Assembly: GCA_963725235.1 (NCBI GenBank)
Contig: CAVRXN010000003.1
Span: 75,204 to 139,203 of the forward strand
Length of the DNA stretch: 64,000 bases
Direction of reading: 5' to 3'
Origin: an uncultured bacterium
GTDB lineage: Bacteria; Patescibacteriota; Minisyncoccia; UBA6257; 2-01-FULL-56-20
A program made the position numbers and the translations under genes. This document shows positions 27,929 through 37,132 of this stretch, in pieces (positions within the stretch are counted from its first letter, which is position 1; every line of letters starts with the position of its first letter). Under the pieces are notes generated by a model that made no database searches, was not told the origin of the DNA, and saw only the letters and a program-made list of their open reading frames with translations.

Positions 27929-28615
27929 CTAATTTGCAACGCACGTTCCACCAACGTCGCCGAATGGCAGATGCGATCCGGGCGTAGGAGCGCAGTGATA
28001 ACCGGTCGCGCAGGTTGGCGCGTTCAATATATTACCGCCGCAATGCGCGCCGGCGCCACCGCCGATAGTACTCGTACTGATCGAAGGCGCCGTCGTTGTC
28101 GCGAGCGTCGTTCCGTTAATGATGAGATATTCACTCACTCCGACCGACGGCGGCGTCGTCATCGGTTGCCCAGCCGCGCGATCCGCATAATTGGCGACAA
28201 TTTGTCCGTTCGCAATTTCAAGCGTTTGCGGTGCAATGCGATCGCCCAGCAATATTGCGTTCGTCCCCACCGTCGCACTCGCGATATCAAGTGCAGCGGC
28301 AACATAATAGAACGTGCCACTCCCGCCGGGCTGCTGAACCAAAATGACGGCCGCATCAGGATTGCCATCGCCGTTCAAATCGCCCGAAGTGGGTTGCCCA
28401 AAAACCGCAGTCATCGATGTCGACGCACTTCCATTTACAAGCGTAATCGGTTGGCCTTCGATAATATAGGTTGCATTCAACGGATCAAACGTAGAAGCTG
28501 TCGGCGTCGATGGACCGGTCGGCGTATTCGTGGACGCCGGAAATAAAAACGTTATCGCGATAATCAATCCAAGCGCGACAATGATTATTAAAGGAATAAG
28601 AAATTTTTTGTTCAT
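27929..28615 (-). CDS. hypothetical secreted protein (228 aa)
   Basis: N-terminal signal anchor (MNKKFLIPLIIIVALGLIIAITF). FG-GAP/VCBS-like DLNGDGNPDAAV motif. Cys-containing C-terminal knot. Confidence 0.55.
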   Translation of the reverse strand: MNKKFLIPLIIIVALGLIIAITFLFPASTNTPTGPSTPTASTFDPLNATYIIEGQPITLVNGSASTSMTAVFGQPTSGDLNGDGNPDAAVILVQQPGGSGTFYYVAAALDIASATVGTNAILLGDRIAPQTLEIANGQIVANYADRAAGQPMTTPPSVGVSEYLIINGTTLATTTAPSISTSTIGGGAGAHCGGNILNAPTCATGYHCAPTPGSHLPFGDVGGTCVAN

Positions 28616-28626
28616 ATTTTTAATGA

Positions 28627-29637
28627 TTATTTAACGATATTTTTCGGCACCCCGCTCGCCCATCCGGCAACATTCTCGATCGTCGTATCGAGGATCCGGA
28701 TAAACGCTTCCCGAGTGTTATACGCCGTATGTGGCGTTACTATAACGTTCGGCATCGCGATAAGCTCCGCAACAGGCGTCATATCCCCCGTCTTCAACGC
28801 GTTCTCCTCTTCTAATACATCGAGTCCCGCGCCAGCCAAGCGTCCACTCTTCAGCGCGCTGACGATTGCCGCCGTTTCAACAATCGCGCCGCGTGCCGTG
28901 TTTATCAAATATGCGCCTTGTTTAATAAGCGAAATATTTTGCTGATTGATTAGATGATGTGTCGACGGCAAATACGGCGCGTGGATCGTAATAAGGTCGC
29001 TCTGCGCGAGCAGGTCTTCGAGCGAAACGTATGAAAAACCCATCTCGGCGGCGAACACATCATCATGATAGACGTCGTACGCGATAATTTTCATGTTGAA
29101 TCCACGCGCGATGCGAACCGCATGTTTGCCGATGCGGCCGGTACCGACAATGCCAATCGTTTTGCCGGCGAGATCGAATCCCTGCAAACCTTCCGGCGCA
29201 AATTGTTTTTCATCGCGGACGCGTGCGCGGGCTTCGAACAAACGTCGTGCGAGCGCGAGGATCAAGGCGAAAGCAAATTCGGCAACCGTATTCTCGCCAT
29301 ACGCCGGGACTGAGCAGACCGCGATGCCACGCGCTACGGCGGCGGCGAGATCAATATGATCGTAACCCGTCGTCAGCGTCGCGATCAGTTTTAAATTCGG
29401 GAACGCCGCGATAACGTCGGCATCGACTTTCGATTCGACGAAAACGCCGATAATCTCCGCGTCGCGGAGATTCGCTGCACCGGTCGCATCCGCTGGCGGC
29501 AAATTATCTTTATTCAAAATCCCATCAACGAAAACCGGCTCGACGCCAGCCGCTTTCAGCTTCTCGCTCGCCTGCAAATATTCATCGCCTCCCTGTCCGG
29601 CGTGTTCGATGTGAAAAAAAAGAGCTTTGTGGGACAT
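28627..29637 (-). CDS. D-isomer-specific 2-hydroxyacid dehydrogenase (D-lactate dehydrogenase-like)
   Basis: 336 aa. NAD motif GIVGTGRIGKHAVRIARGF, catalytic region NTARG....VTPHTAY. Confidence 0.85.
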   Translation of the reverse strand: MSHKALFFHIEHAGQGGDEYLQASEKLKAAGVEPVFVDGILNKDNLPPADATGAANLRDAEIIGVFVESKVDADVIAAFPNLKLIATLTTGYDHIDLAAAVARGIAVCSVPAYGENTVAEFAFALILALARRLFEARARVRDEKQFAPEGLQGFDLAGKTIGIVGTGRIGKHAVRIARGFNMKIIAYDVYHDDVFAAEMGFSYVSLEDLLAQSDLITIHAPYLPSTHHLINQQNISLIKQGAYLINTARGAIVETAAIVSALKSGRLAGAGLDVLEEENALKTGDMTPVAELIAMPNVIVTPHTAYNTREAFIRILDTTIENVAGWASGVPKNIVK

Positions 29638-29638
29638 T

Positions 29639-29836
29639 TTAACGCATCAGCATCGGTGCAAACGCCATGCCAAGATAATACGGCCAGATAATGATCGCGA
29701 TAACGCCCTGCCAAAACGAGAGCTGCAGGAAACCAATCGTGAACAGCCACGCCACAATCCACAGGCCACCGCTGAAGAAATGCTGCTCTATTTTTATCTT
29801 TTCCATAAGTTTAGTATAGCACAGCCATTGTTGCAT
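29639..29836 (-). CDS. small membrane protein (65 aa)
   Basis: Two TM helices. Stop abuts the dehydrogenase start. Confidence 0.45.
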   Translation of the reverse strand: MQQWLCYTKLMEKIKIEQHFFSGGLWIVAWLFTIGFLQLSFWQGVIAIIIWPYYLGMAFAPMLMR

Positions 29837-29858
29837 TTTGTAGCACTACGCGTATAAT
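29831..29858 (+). promoter_or_regulatory. sigma70-like promoter of candidate sRNA B
   Basis: TTGCAT (29831-36), 16 nt, TATAAT (29853-58). Confidence 0.5.
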
Positions 29859-29864
29859 ACATAT

Positions 29865-29950
29865 GTGCTTGCGGGGCGTCAGCCCTATCTGGCCAATTCT
29901 TGAGCCGGAGCCAGGCACACTAAAGAGCGTCGCTATCTGCGGCGTTTTTT
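29865..29950 (+). ncRNA. candidate small structured RNA B (three-way junction plus intrinsic terminator)
   Basis: P1 is GTGCTTG/CAGGCAC. Hairpin GGGC-GTCA-GCCC. Hairpin CTGGC-10 nt-GCCGG. Terminator CGTCGC-TATCT-GCGGCG followed by T6. Paralogous to 52059-52136. Confidence 0.5.
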
Positions 29951-29992
29951 ATTTTTCCTAAATAACAATCCCGGCGCTCCGGAAGTCAGTCA

Positions 29993-30949
29993 TTACAAAA
30001 TCTTCTTCAAAAGCGCCCTCATCTCACGGAACGCCTTCATATTTTTCTGATCAAAATAATAGTACGGAAGCAAGTTGGCAATTTGGATAAGAAAAAATGC
30101 CAGAGTTACTCGATCAAGTTCGAGCTTGGATAAGCCCATTTTACCATATCCTTTCAAAAAAGCCGCCCGAGCGTCACGGAGTTGTTTTTGTGGACGCCCG
30201 TGAAATTGAACTGCACACGTTTCCCAAAACATGAGATCGGCATAATCGCGCACCCATACCGACGAGCGCGCATTATCCCAATCGACCAAAATGAGCTTTT
30301 TATTGCTCGACCAAATACAGTTATCCTTGCCGGGATCTCCGTGAGTTAAAACAGGCTTTAATTTATCCGTTAACGGCCCGAGTAAATTACTAACTTTTTC
30401 AGTTATTTTTAATGAAATCTTTTTATTATAATATTTCGTCTTTTTAAGTTGATCCATCCGACGAGCCATCCGTGGCAGCACGAAAGACAAAATGTCCTTA
30501 TCAGTACCATACTCGCCATGCCAATCTCCGAATTTTTTAAGCTGTATTTCATGAACCTTCTTGAGTAATGCCCCAACTCGCGAATAGAAATCCTTCCGCG
30601 ATAGATTTCCATTACGCACGGCTTCATCAGCGGACTCGCCTTTAATATATTCCGAAATCATAAACCCGTTCGGGAAATACTTTTTACTGCGGGTATAAAA
30701 AAGTAATTTGGCATGCGGAATCCGATGCTTAACAAATTGCTTCTCTATCCATTCCAGCTTGCCATCTTCAGGCCAATCCTTATAACGAAAAACACGAACC
30801 AGAACCGTCTTATCACTTGTCTCAACTTTATAGACATGGTTAACCTCTCCGCCTTTTACTTTTGAGGTGCGTAAAACTTTTGCTCTTAAAGCTTTTTCTA
30901 CTGCCGGCACCACTTGAAGGTCTATAGATTTGCGGTAACGAAGAGTCAT
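29993..30949 (-). CDS. aminoglycoside/choline-kinase-like phosphotransferase (APH fold)
   Basis: 318 aa. Brenner motif LTHGDPGKDN and LVDWDNA. AT-rich. Confidence 0.75.
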   Translation of the reverse strand: MTLRYRKSIDLQVVPAVEKALRAKVLRTSKVKGGEVNHVYKVETSDKTVLVRVFRYKDWPEDGKLEWIEKQFVKHRIPHAKLLFYTRSKKYFPNGFMISEYIKGESADEAVRNGNLSRKDFYSRVGALLKKVHEIQLKKFGDWHGEYGTDKDILSFVLPRMARRMDQLKKTKYYNKKISLKITEKVSNLLGPLTDKLKPVLTHGDPGKDNCIWSSNKKLILVDWDNARSSVWVRDYADLMFWETCAVQFHGRPQKQLRDARAAFLKGYGKMGLSKLELDRVTLAFFLIQIANLLPYYYFDQKNMKAFREMRALLKKIL

Positions 30950-30957
30950 AATTTATT

Positions 30958-31611
30958 TTATACTATAGAAACGATCTTAAAATAATCATTCTCCAGAACA
31001 ACGGCTTGATCATCTTGAATAAAAATAAGTGGCGTAGGATCTTCCGCCATATGATCAATCATTTTTTTATGCTCTTCTTTAAACTCAGGATTGTTGCAAT
31101 GAGGCACAATCGCGAAATTAATTAATCCAAGCCCTTTCTTATTCGGAACTTTCGCAATATATTCCTTTTCCTCCTCGTCATATGAAAAAGCCGCGATTGA
31201 TTCAGAGACGACGATAGAGCCGGCGCTGGTTCCGGTATAAATAATGCGATCACTTTTAACAGCATCGATGATGACCTGCTCAATGTTTTGTTGACGGATA
31301 AGATCGATAAGATAATAAACGCTCCCGCCGCAAACGTGGAGTATATCAGCCTCCGCTAATGCTTTGGAAAATTCAGCCGCACCCATATTCCGCACATCAA
31401 CCTCATTCACCTTATAACCCAATTCCAAAAACTTATTCCGATCAAGATCAACCCACCACTTTTCTTTGTATGGATCGGCAGCATTCGGAACAAAAAGAAC
31501 TTCAATCTCACTCGCCTCTTGTCGCCCGATAAACGGTTTCAATAAAGGCAGTGTTTTATCCAAGGAGGATGCGAGGAAGAGTTTCATAACTGGGTCATTT
31601 TTCTTTCTCAA
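30958..31611 (-). CDS. peptidase S51 (dipeptidase E-like)
   Basis: 217 aa: ADILHVCGGSVYYL, IIYTGTSAGSIV, VPHCN. Confidence 0.7.
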   Translation of the reverse strand: MRKKNDPVMKLFLASSLDKTLPLLKPFIGRQEASEIEVLFVPNAADPYKEKWWVDLDRNKFLELGYKVNEVDVRNMGAAEFSKALAEADILHVCGGSVYYLIDLIRQQNIEQVIIDAVKSDRIIYTGTSAGSIVVSESIAAFSYDEEEKEYIAKVPNKKGLGLINFAIVPHCNNPEFKEEHKKMIDHMAEDPTPLIFIQDDQAVVLENDYFKIVSIV

Positions 31612-32644
31612 GAATGGCCGCCGCTTCGTTCAAAAGCATATCCAAATTTGCTTGGAAATTTACCTGTGTTTTTGTTACCACCAGAACCTTTTTATTAACT
31701 TGCGTATGTAAGTAGTCATCGCCAATCTTCTTGGCGGTTTCATTAAGGGGTCTCACGATATCTTTAAAGCTTCTACCACCATGCTGAGCGCAAACATCGT
31801 CAAAGCTTGTTTTGTTAAAAATCGGTGGAATATGATCAAGTATAGCTCGTAAAAGCATCGCGCATGAATGATAATTCCCCAAGCTATAGTTATCGTCCAG
31901 TTCGTTACAAAACGATACCAATCTGCTTAAATCAAAATTCTTATTTTCAATCTTTGTGAGTCGTAATAGCGTGCTTTTATCAATATAAGCAGTCCTCCCT
32001 GTATCTACGCTTCGTGCCTTCTGCCCGGAATTTTCACATTGTGCAATAAGCTTATCGATCAGATACAAGAACTCGTTCAATTGCTTAGCAACTCCCGTGA
32101 GGAATGAGGCGGTAGCCCAATAATACTTATGTACTGGGATTTTTCTGCCAGCAAGGAGTGCCCCGCTGTCTCTCGTCATTATCTGCCTTTTCCAATATTG
32201 ATTGAAAACATCTACCTTTGTTTGCAGGTTGAATTTTTCTATTTCTTCCGCAAGGTCCTTTGAGATGCTGGCAAAAACAACAATCGCTTGTTTTCTCAAC
32301 TCATCAAACTTATCAATAATAAAATCTGCATCCTTGTCCAGATCTTCTAGCGACACACCCGAGTCGTTTTCGATTTTTTGACGCACTTCGTCGCTGCTTT
32401 TCTCATACCATCCATCTGGAGCACCATTTATCAAGCCCCATTCAACGCTGAACCGTCTATTGTGAGGCGGCACCTGGAAATCTCCATAGAAAAAATCTGC
32501 ATGTCCAACCAAGTCTGAGCCACTCCAAGAGGCGTCAACGGCATCACATGCTGAAATAGTCTTCTTTGCTGACTCAGTAGCCAGAGCAGCCTTTTCCTGC
32601 AATTCTTTGATTTCGCTCTTAATCGTTTCAAATTGTTTTTTCAT
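31595..32644 (-). CDS. hypothetical protein with C-terminal HEPN-like Rx4H motif
   Basis: Start chosen at MKKQFETIKSEI (ORF extends to 32710). N-terminal coiled-coil-like region. C-terminal SCAMLLRAILDHIPPIF contains R-x4-H. Confidence 0.55.
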   Translation of the reverse strand: MKKQFETIKSEIKELQEKAALATESAKKTISACDAVDASWSGSDLVGHADFFYGDFQVPPHNRRFSVEWGLINGAPDGWYEKSSDEVRQKIENDSGVSLEDLDKDADFIIDKFDELRKQAIVVFASISKDLAEEIEKFNLQTKVDVFNQYWKRQIMTRDSGALLAGRKIPVHKYYWATASFLTGVAKQLNEFLYLIDKLIAQCENSGQKARSVDTGRTAYIDKSTLLRLTKIENKNFDLSRLVSFCNELDDNYSLGNYHSCAMLLRAILDHIPPIFNKTSFDDVCAQHGGRSFKDIVRPLNETAKKIGDDYLHTQVNKKVLVVTKTQVNFQANLDMLLNEAAAILEKEK

Positions 32645-32669
32645 GTCTTTGATGCTTCTCGGACGCAAG

Positions 32670-33062
32670 CTATTTATAAATTTCAATACAAATCTGAATG
32701 ATGCCAACAATAATAGCTATCACTAGCGATCCTGTTGCAATTAGCATTGCTTGCCTACTACTTTGCCTAGCTTCTTGTAATTCGTCGTAGTCGGTGATTT
32801 TAGAAACTAAATCTAGAGGAGGAATCCAAATTCCACCGGATGGGCCGGATAGCCAGGTTCTAGTATATTCTCTTCCGGACGGTTTATAAATTTCTTCATC
32901 CCAAAATTGTTCAATATGACGGTTATTAACCTTATAAGAAGATTCGATATGTTTTATGAGGCCCTCCTTTGTAAATCCTTCTTCAGAACGCGTGACACAG
33001 TATCTCGCCGCTGCGATTTGCCACGGTTCCTTTTCTTGTTTGTAAATGAAATAGTTTTTCAT
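32670..33062 (-). CDS. hypothetical protein with C-terminal TM anchor (130 aa)
   Basis: Soluble N-terminal domain plus a terminal helix MLIATGSLVIAIIVGIIQICI. Confidence 0.5.
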   Translation of the reverse strand: MKNYFIYKQEKEPWQIAAARYCVTRSEEGFTKEGLIKHIESSYKVNNRHIEQFWDEEIYKPSGREYTRTWLSGPSGGIWIPPLDLVSKITDYDELQEARQSSRQAMLIATGSLVIAIIVGIIQICIEIYK

Positions 33063-33073
33063 TCTGTTCTCAA

Positions 33074-33646
33074 TTATTCGTTTTTAATAAAAACCGATTC
33101 TGCATTGCTCTTTTTCCCGGGGTAACGGACGGCTCTCGTAAGACTCGTATTAACCATTTCTATAAGCAATTTTATATCCTTTTCTTTTATAGCCTTATTG
33201 CGAAGCCCTTCATATATGAAAGCTCCCAAAGGGTTGCCTGTGAACAAATTTGTATGATGTTTAAGAAACCAACCTTCACCGATAAAATTATAGATTTCAT
33301 TAACTGACCCAACTTCACCAAAAGGATTTGGCATGCGGAAGTCAGTAACTATCCCATTTTTTAATCCTTCCAAATATTCCCTATATTTGAGATTTATTGA
33401 TTCCGGGTTTTCGGAAAATAAAGAATTTATTATCCCGTAAGACTCCATCGTTTCCTGAAAGTTTTCTTCTGTCATTTCGGCGCGTCCGATCAACTCTTCT
33501 GCGAAAATAAAATGCGCATATTTAATTCTGGCGTAAGTGTATGGAAGCTTCTTACTAGATTGCACAATATTATCAGGGCGCGAATCTTTTATTGATTCAT
33601 GAAAGTCGTTGATGACTTTTTGTGCTTCAATTGGCCTCATTTTCAT
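33074..33646 (-). CDS. hypothetical protein (190 aa)
   Basis: Uninterrupted AT-rich ORF, first gene of the three-gene cassette. No family recognised. Confidence 0.5.
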   Translation of the reverse strand: MKMRPIEAQKVINDFHESIKDSRPDNIVQSSKKLPYTYARIKYAHFIFAEELIGRAEMTEENFQETMESYGIINSLFSENPESINLKYREYLEGLKNGIVTDFRMPNPFGEVGSVNEIYNFIGEGWFLKHHTNLFTGNPLGAFIYEGLRNKAIKEKDIKLLIEMVNTSLTRAVRYPGKKSNAESVFIKNE

Positions 33647-33701
33647 ATATTAACTATCATTATCTTGATACTTTTCGGACTCCAAAGTTATCCCAAGTTA
33701 G

Positions 33702-33801
33702 CTGCGAGGATGGGATTCGAACCCATACTTTTTTCTTTCAGAATATTCTGCAGAGAAAAATACTCTGAAAGGAAAATGTGCTGCCATTACACTACTCCGC
33801 G
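33702..33801 (-). tRNA. aberrant tRNA-like gene with an extended (roughly 19-bp) anticodon arm
   Basis: Good T arm (ATGGG-TTCGAAT-CCCAT) and D arm (GTGT-AATGGCA-GCAC). The anticodon position holds TTTTC-CTTTCAGAGTATT-TTTCTCTGCAG-AATATTCTGAAAG-AAAA. Acceptor CGCGGAG/CCTCGCA pairs at only 5 of 7 positions. Confidence 0.45.
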
Positions 33802-33838
33802 ATGCCTATATTTTACCACTGATTGCGAATAATGCAAA

Positions 33839-36343
33839 TTATTTCTTCCTCCCCTCCTCCTTCGCCACCGCCACGGTGGTCCGAACGACTGTGTCCGGAT
33901 TCAACGACATGCTCTCGATGCCGCACGTAACCAAAAACTTTGCGAAGTCGGGATAGTCGGAAGGCGCCTGGCCGCAGATGCCGATGTACTTTTTGCGCGT
34001 ACGGCACTTCTCGATAATCTCAGCGATCAGTTTTTTGACAGCCATATTGTTCTCGTTCGCGATCTTGGTCACGATGCCGGAATCGCGGTCGAGACCAAGC
34101 GTCAGCTGGGTGAGATCGTTCGAGCCGATGGACATGCCGTCGAAAATATCGAGGAAATCGTCGGCGAGCAAAACGTTCGACGGAATTTCACACATGACAT
34201 AGATCGGCGTAATAACCTTATGCAACGCGTGCCGGATCGAACGAGATTTTCTTCATGTGATTCGTCACAAGCCCGCCCTCCGCCATCGCTTCCTGCACCT
34301 TGATCCCCTCCTCAACCGTCCGACAGAACGGCACCATCGGAATAACATTCGAGAGTCCCATCTCCTCGCGCACCTTCTTAATCGCCGCAACCTCCATCAT
34401 GAACGCCGGCTTGAACTTCGGGTCGTAGTATCGCGATGCGCCGCGCCAGCCGATCATCGGATTCTCTTCGTGCGGTTCATACATCTCGCCGCCAAGCAGC
34501 GTCCGATATTCATTCGTCTTGAAATCCGAGAAGCGCACGATGACGTGGTTCGGCCAAAATGCCGCGCCGATCTTTGCGATGCCGAACGCGAGGTTATCTA
34601 TATAATATTCGCTTCGGGTCGCTGCCAACCGCGCATCTTCTCTTCGATCGCGCGGCGAACCGCCGGCTTTTGTTCACTGCAGATTCAAAAGCGCCATCGG
34701 ATGCAAACCCATCTTCGACGCGATGATAAATTCCTCGCGCGCGAGGCCGACGCCCGAGTTCGGCAGGAATGAAATCTCGAATGCGCTGTCCGGAATCGCG
34801 ACATTCACCATAATCTTCGTTTTCGGTTTCGGAATCTTCTTCAGGTCATGACTTCACGATTTTGAACTTCAGCGCACCGCGATAGATATTGCCGGCGCTG
34901 CCCGTCGTATCAACCGTTATTTCGTCGCCCGTCTTGATCGTCTTCGTTGCCTTCTCGGTTCCAACGATCGCCGGAATGCCAAGTTCGCGCGAGACGATCG
35001 CGGCGTGCGACGTCCGTCCGCCTTTATCCGTCACGATCGCCGCCGCCATTTTCATGATCGGCTCCCAGTCAGGATCCGTCATCGTCGTCACCAGAATTTC
35101 TCCTTTTTTAAATTCGCCGATATGTTTCGTATCTAAAATGACGTGCGCCTTGCCGGTTGCGATCTTCGAACCAACCGAAGCGCCTGCGACGATCGCCTGA
35201 TGTCCGCCCGCGCCGCGCATTTCATATTCTTTCACTTTTGAAAAATCCCGGCCCGCCTGAATCGTCTCCGGCCGCGCCTGCACGATAAAGAGTTCGCCCG
35301 TCTCGCCATCTTTCGCCCACTCCATATCCATCGGCGTCCACTTTTTATAGTGATCCGTATAATGCTTCTCTATAATAGTGCCCCATCGCGCGAGCCTCGC
35401 AACTTCCGCATCCGTCAGAACAAATGTATCACGCTCGCGTTCGTCAGTCGGAATAATTTTCGTCTGCTGAATCGCGTCGCCATGATGATAAATCATCTTC
35501 CGCAATTTAACGCCGAGCTTCTTCTCTATGATCGGATGCTTCACGTTGTTCGCGAGTCCCTTTTTCCAAACGATAAACTCATCCGGCGTCACCTCGCCTT
35601 TGACGATCATCTCGCCCAAACCCCACGAGCCGTTGATCAAGACGATATCGCGGAAACCGGATTCCGTATCGAGCGAGAACATGACGCCGGAGCACGCCTT
35701 GTCCGAACGCACCATTTTCTGCACGCCCGCCGAAAGCGCGATTTTCAAATGGTCGAAGCCACGGTCGGCGCGGTACGAAATCGCGCGATCGGTAAAAAGC
35801 GACGCCATCGTCGCGCGCACCGCTTTCAAAACTTCCTGCTCGCCACGAATGCCGAGATAACTTTCCTGCTCGCCCGCGAAGCTCGCACCCGGCAAATCCT
35901 CCGCCGTCGCGCTCGAGCGAACCGCCACATCCGCATTGCTTGCCGTAGCGTTTTTCAAGCGCGCGATATCCTTTAACAATTTCTTCCGCAAGATCTTTTG
36001 GAAACTCAGTTCTCGAAATCGCGTCGCGGATCGTTTTCCCCCGCCGCGCCAACTCGCTTAAATTTTTCGTATCGATCCCTTTTAATGTTTTTTTAATAAG
36101 ATCATCGAGCCCCGTTTTTTCCAAAAAGTAATAGTACGCGCTCGCGGTAACCACAAAGCCCGACGGCACCGGCACGCCTTTCTTCGCAAGCGCCTGGATC
36201 ATCTCGCCAAGCGATGCGTTCTTGCCGCCAACTTCGCCAACATCCTTGATACCGACTTGTTCAAAAAGAACTGTGTGCTTGGCACGAGCGGCAACGGTCT
36301 GTTTCGCGTTGCCCTGTCCGTCGCCGGACTTCTTGTTTCCCAT
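33839..36343 (-). pseudogene. ppsA: phosphoenolpyruvate synthase, at least 4 frameshifts
   Basis: N-terminus VGGKNASLGEMI...GVPVPSGFVVTASAY (254-aa ORF). Middle 381-aa ORF with the phosphohistidine region GGRTSHAAIVSRELGIPA. C-terminal pieces of 136 aa and 128 aa ([11 protein letters not shown]...[13 protein letters not shown]). Confidence 0.88.
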
Positions 36344-36440
36344 GAGTTAAGTATAGCAGGTTTAGGAAAAGAGTACTTGATTCATTCTCATATCTTTGAT
36401 AGCTTTACAGCAGCTAACTTAGCACCGTGAGGTACTACCT

Positions 36441-37070
36441 ATGACAAAGCAAGAACTGAATGGAACGATTGCTCAGGATGTCCGGGCTATCGAGATGTAT
36501 ATAGCAATGGTTTGGGATGTCTTAGTTGCCCATTTCGGCAACGAACCCTACCAATTACCGACCATAGCACTGTCGGATACAGTGTTCTGGGTCGCACAAG
36601 TGAAATATAACGGTCACGGAGTGGTGGCGCGAGGAAATAAATTAGTGACACCATTTTTCGAACTGGAAGTTTTCAATCGATACCGGATGCATGCCCTGGT
36701 TGCTGCCGACTTCCATCGGAAGTCACGGGAGCAGATGAAAAAAGTCTGGGCGGAGCGTAATGCGACAATGATCGCTACGAAAGAAACGAGGCAGGTTGTT
36801 CTCGTGCCAACCACGCAAAGAATCTTCGATCTACTTCGTCAGAATGGTCATGCTAAACCTTTCGAAATTCAAGATGACGAACGAAAGAGGATGGGCGGCG
36901 AACAAATCGAGAAAATCCATCTTCGAACCAGCGCTAAAGCCGTCATCTGGAAACCCAATCTGGTCAATGGCAGACTGCCTTTTTATCAGAATAAAATGGT
37001 CACCCCGCAATATGATGAGATTTACGACGAGATGATGAATACATTGCGAACGAACCAAGCAGCGATATAA
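36441..37070 (+). CDS. hypothetical protein (209 aa)
   Basis: ORF with its own promoter-like region and RBS-like GAGG (in GTGAGGTAC) upstream of the start. No family recognised. Confidence 0.5.
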   Translation: MTKQELNGTIAQDVRAIEMYIAMVWDVLVAHFGNEPYQLPTIALSDTVFWVAQVKYNGHGVVARGNKLVTPFFELEVFNRYRMHALVAADFHRKSREQMKKVWAERNATMIATKETRQVVLVPTTQRIFDLLRQNGHAKPFEIQDDERKRMGGEQIEKIHLRTSAKAVIWKPNLVNGRLPFYQNKMVTPQYDEIYDEMMNTLRTNQAAI

Positions 37071-37101
37071 TTCATCGATGTGAAACAATCCGCGAATTAT
37101 A

Positions 37102-37132
37102 ACGGGCTCGATCAACGTCGTGCCCGTTTTTT
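37102..37132. terminator. terminator between convergent genes
   Basis: ACGGGC-14 nt-GCCCGT followed by T6. Confidence 0.6.

Noticed and set aside
27668-28546. 292-aa Arg-rich + strand ORF
   Set aside because: It is antisense to eno and to the 228-aa secreted protein gene. Its composition (R/P/S-rich) is typical of an off-frame reading of GC-rich coding DNA.
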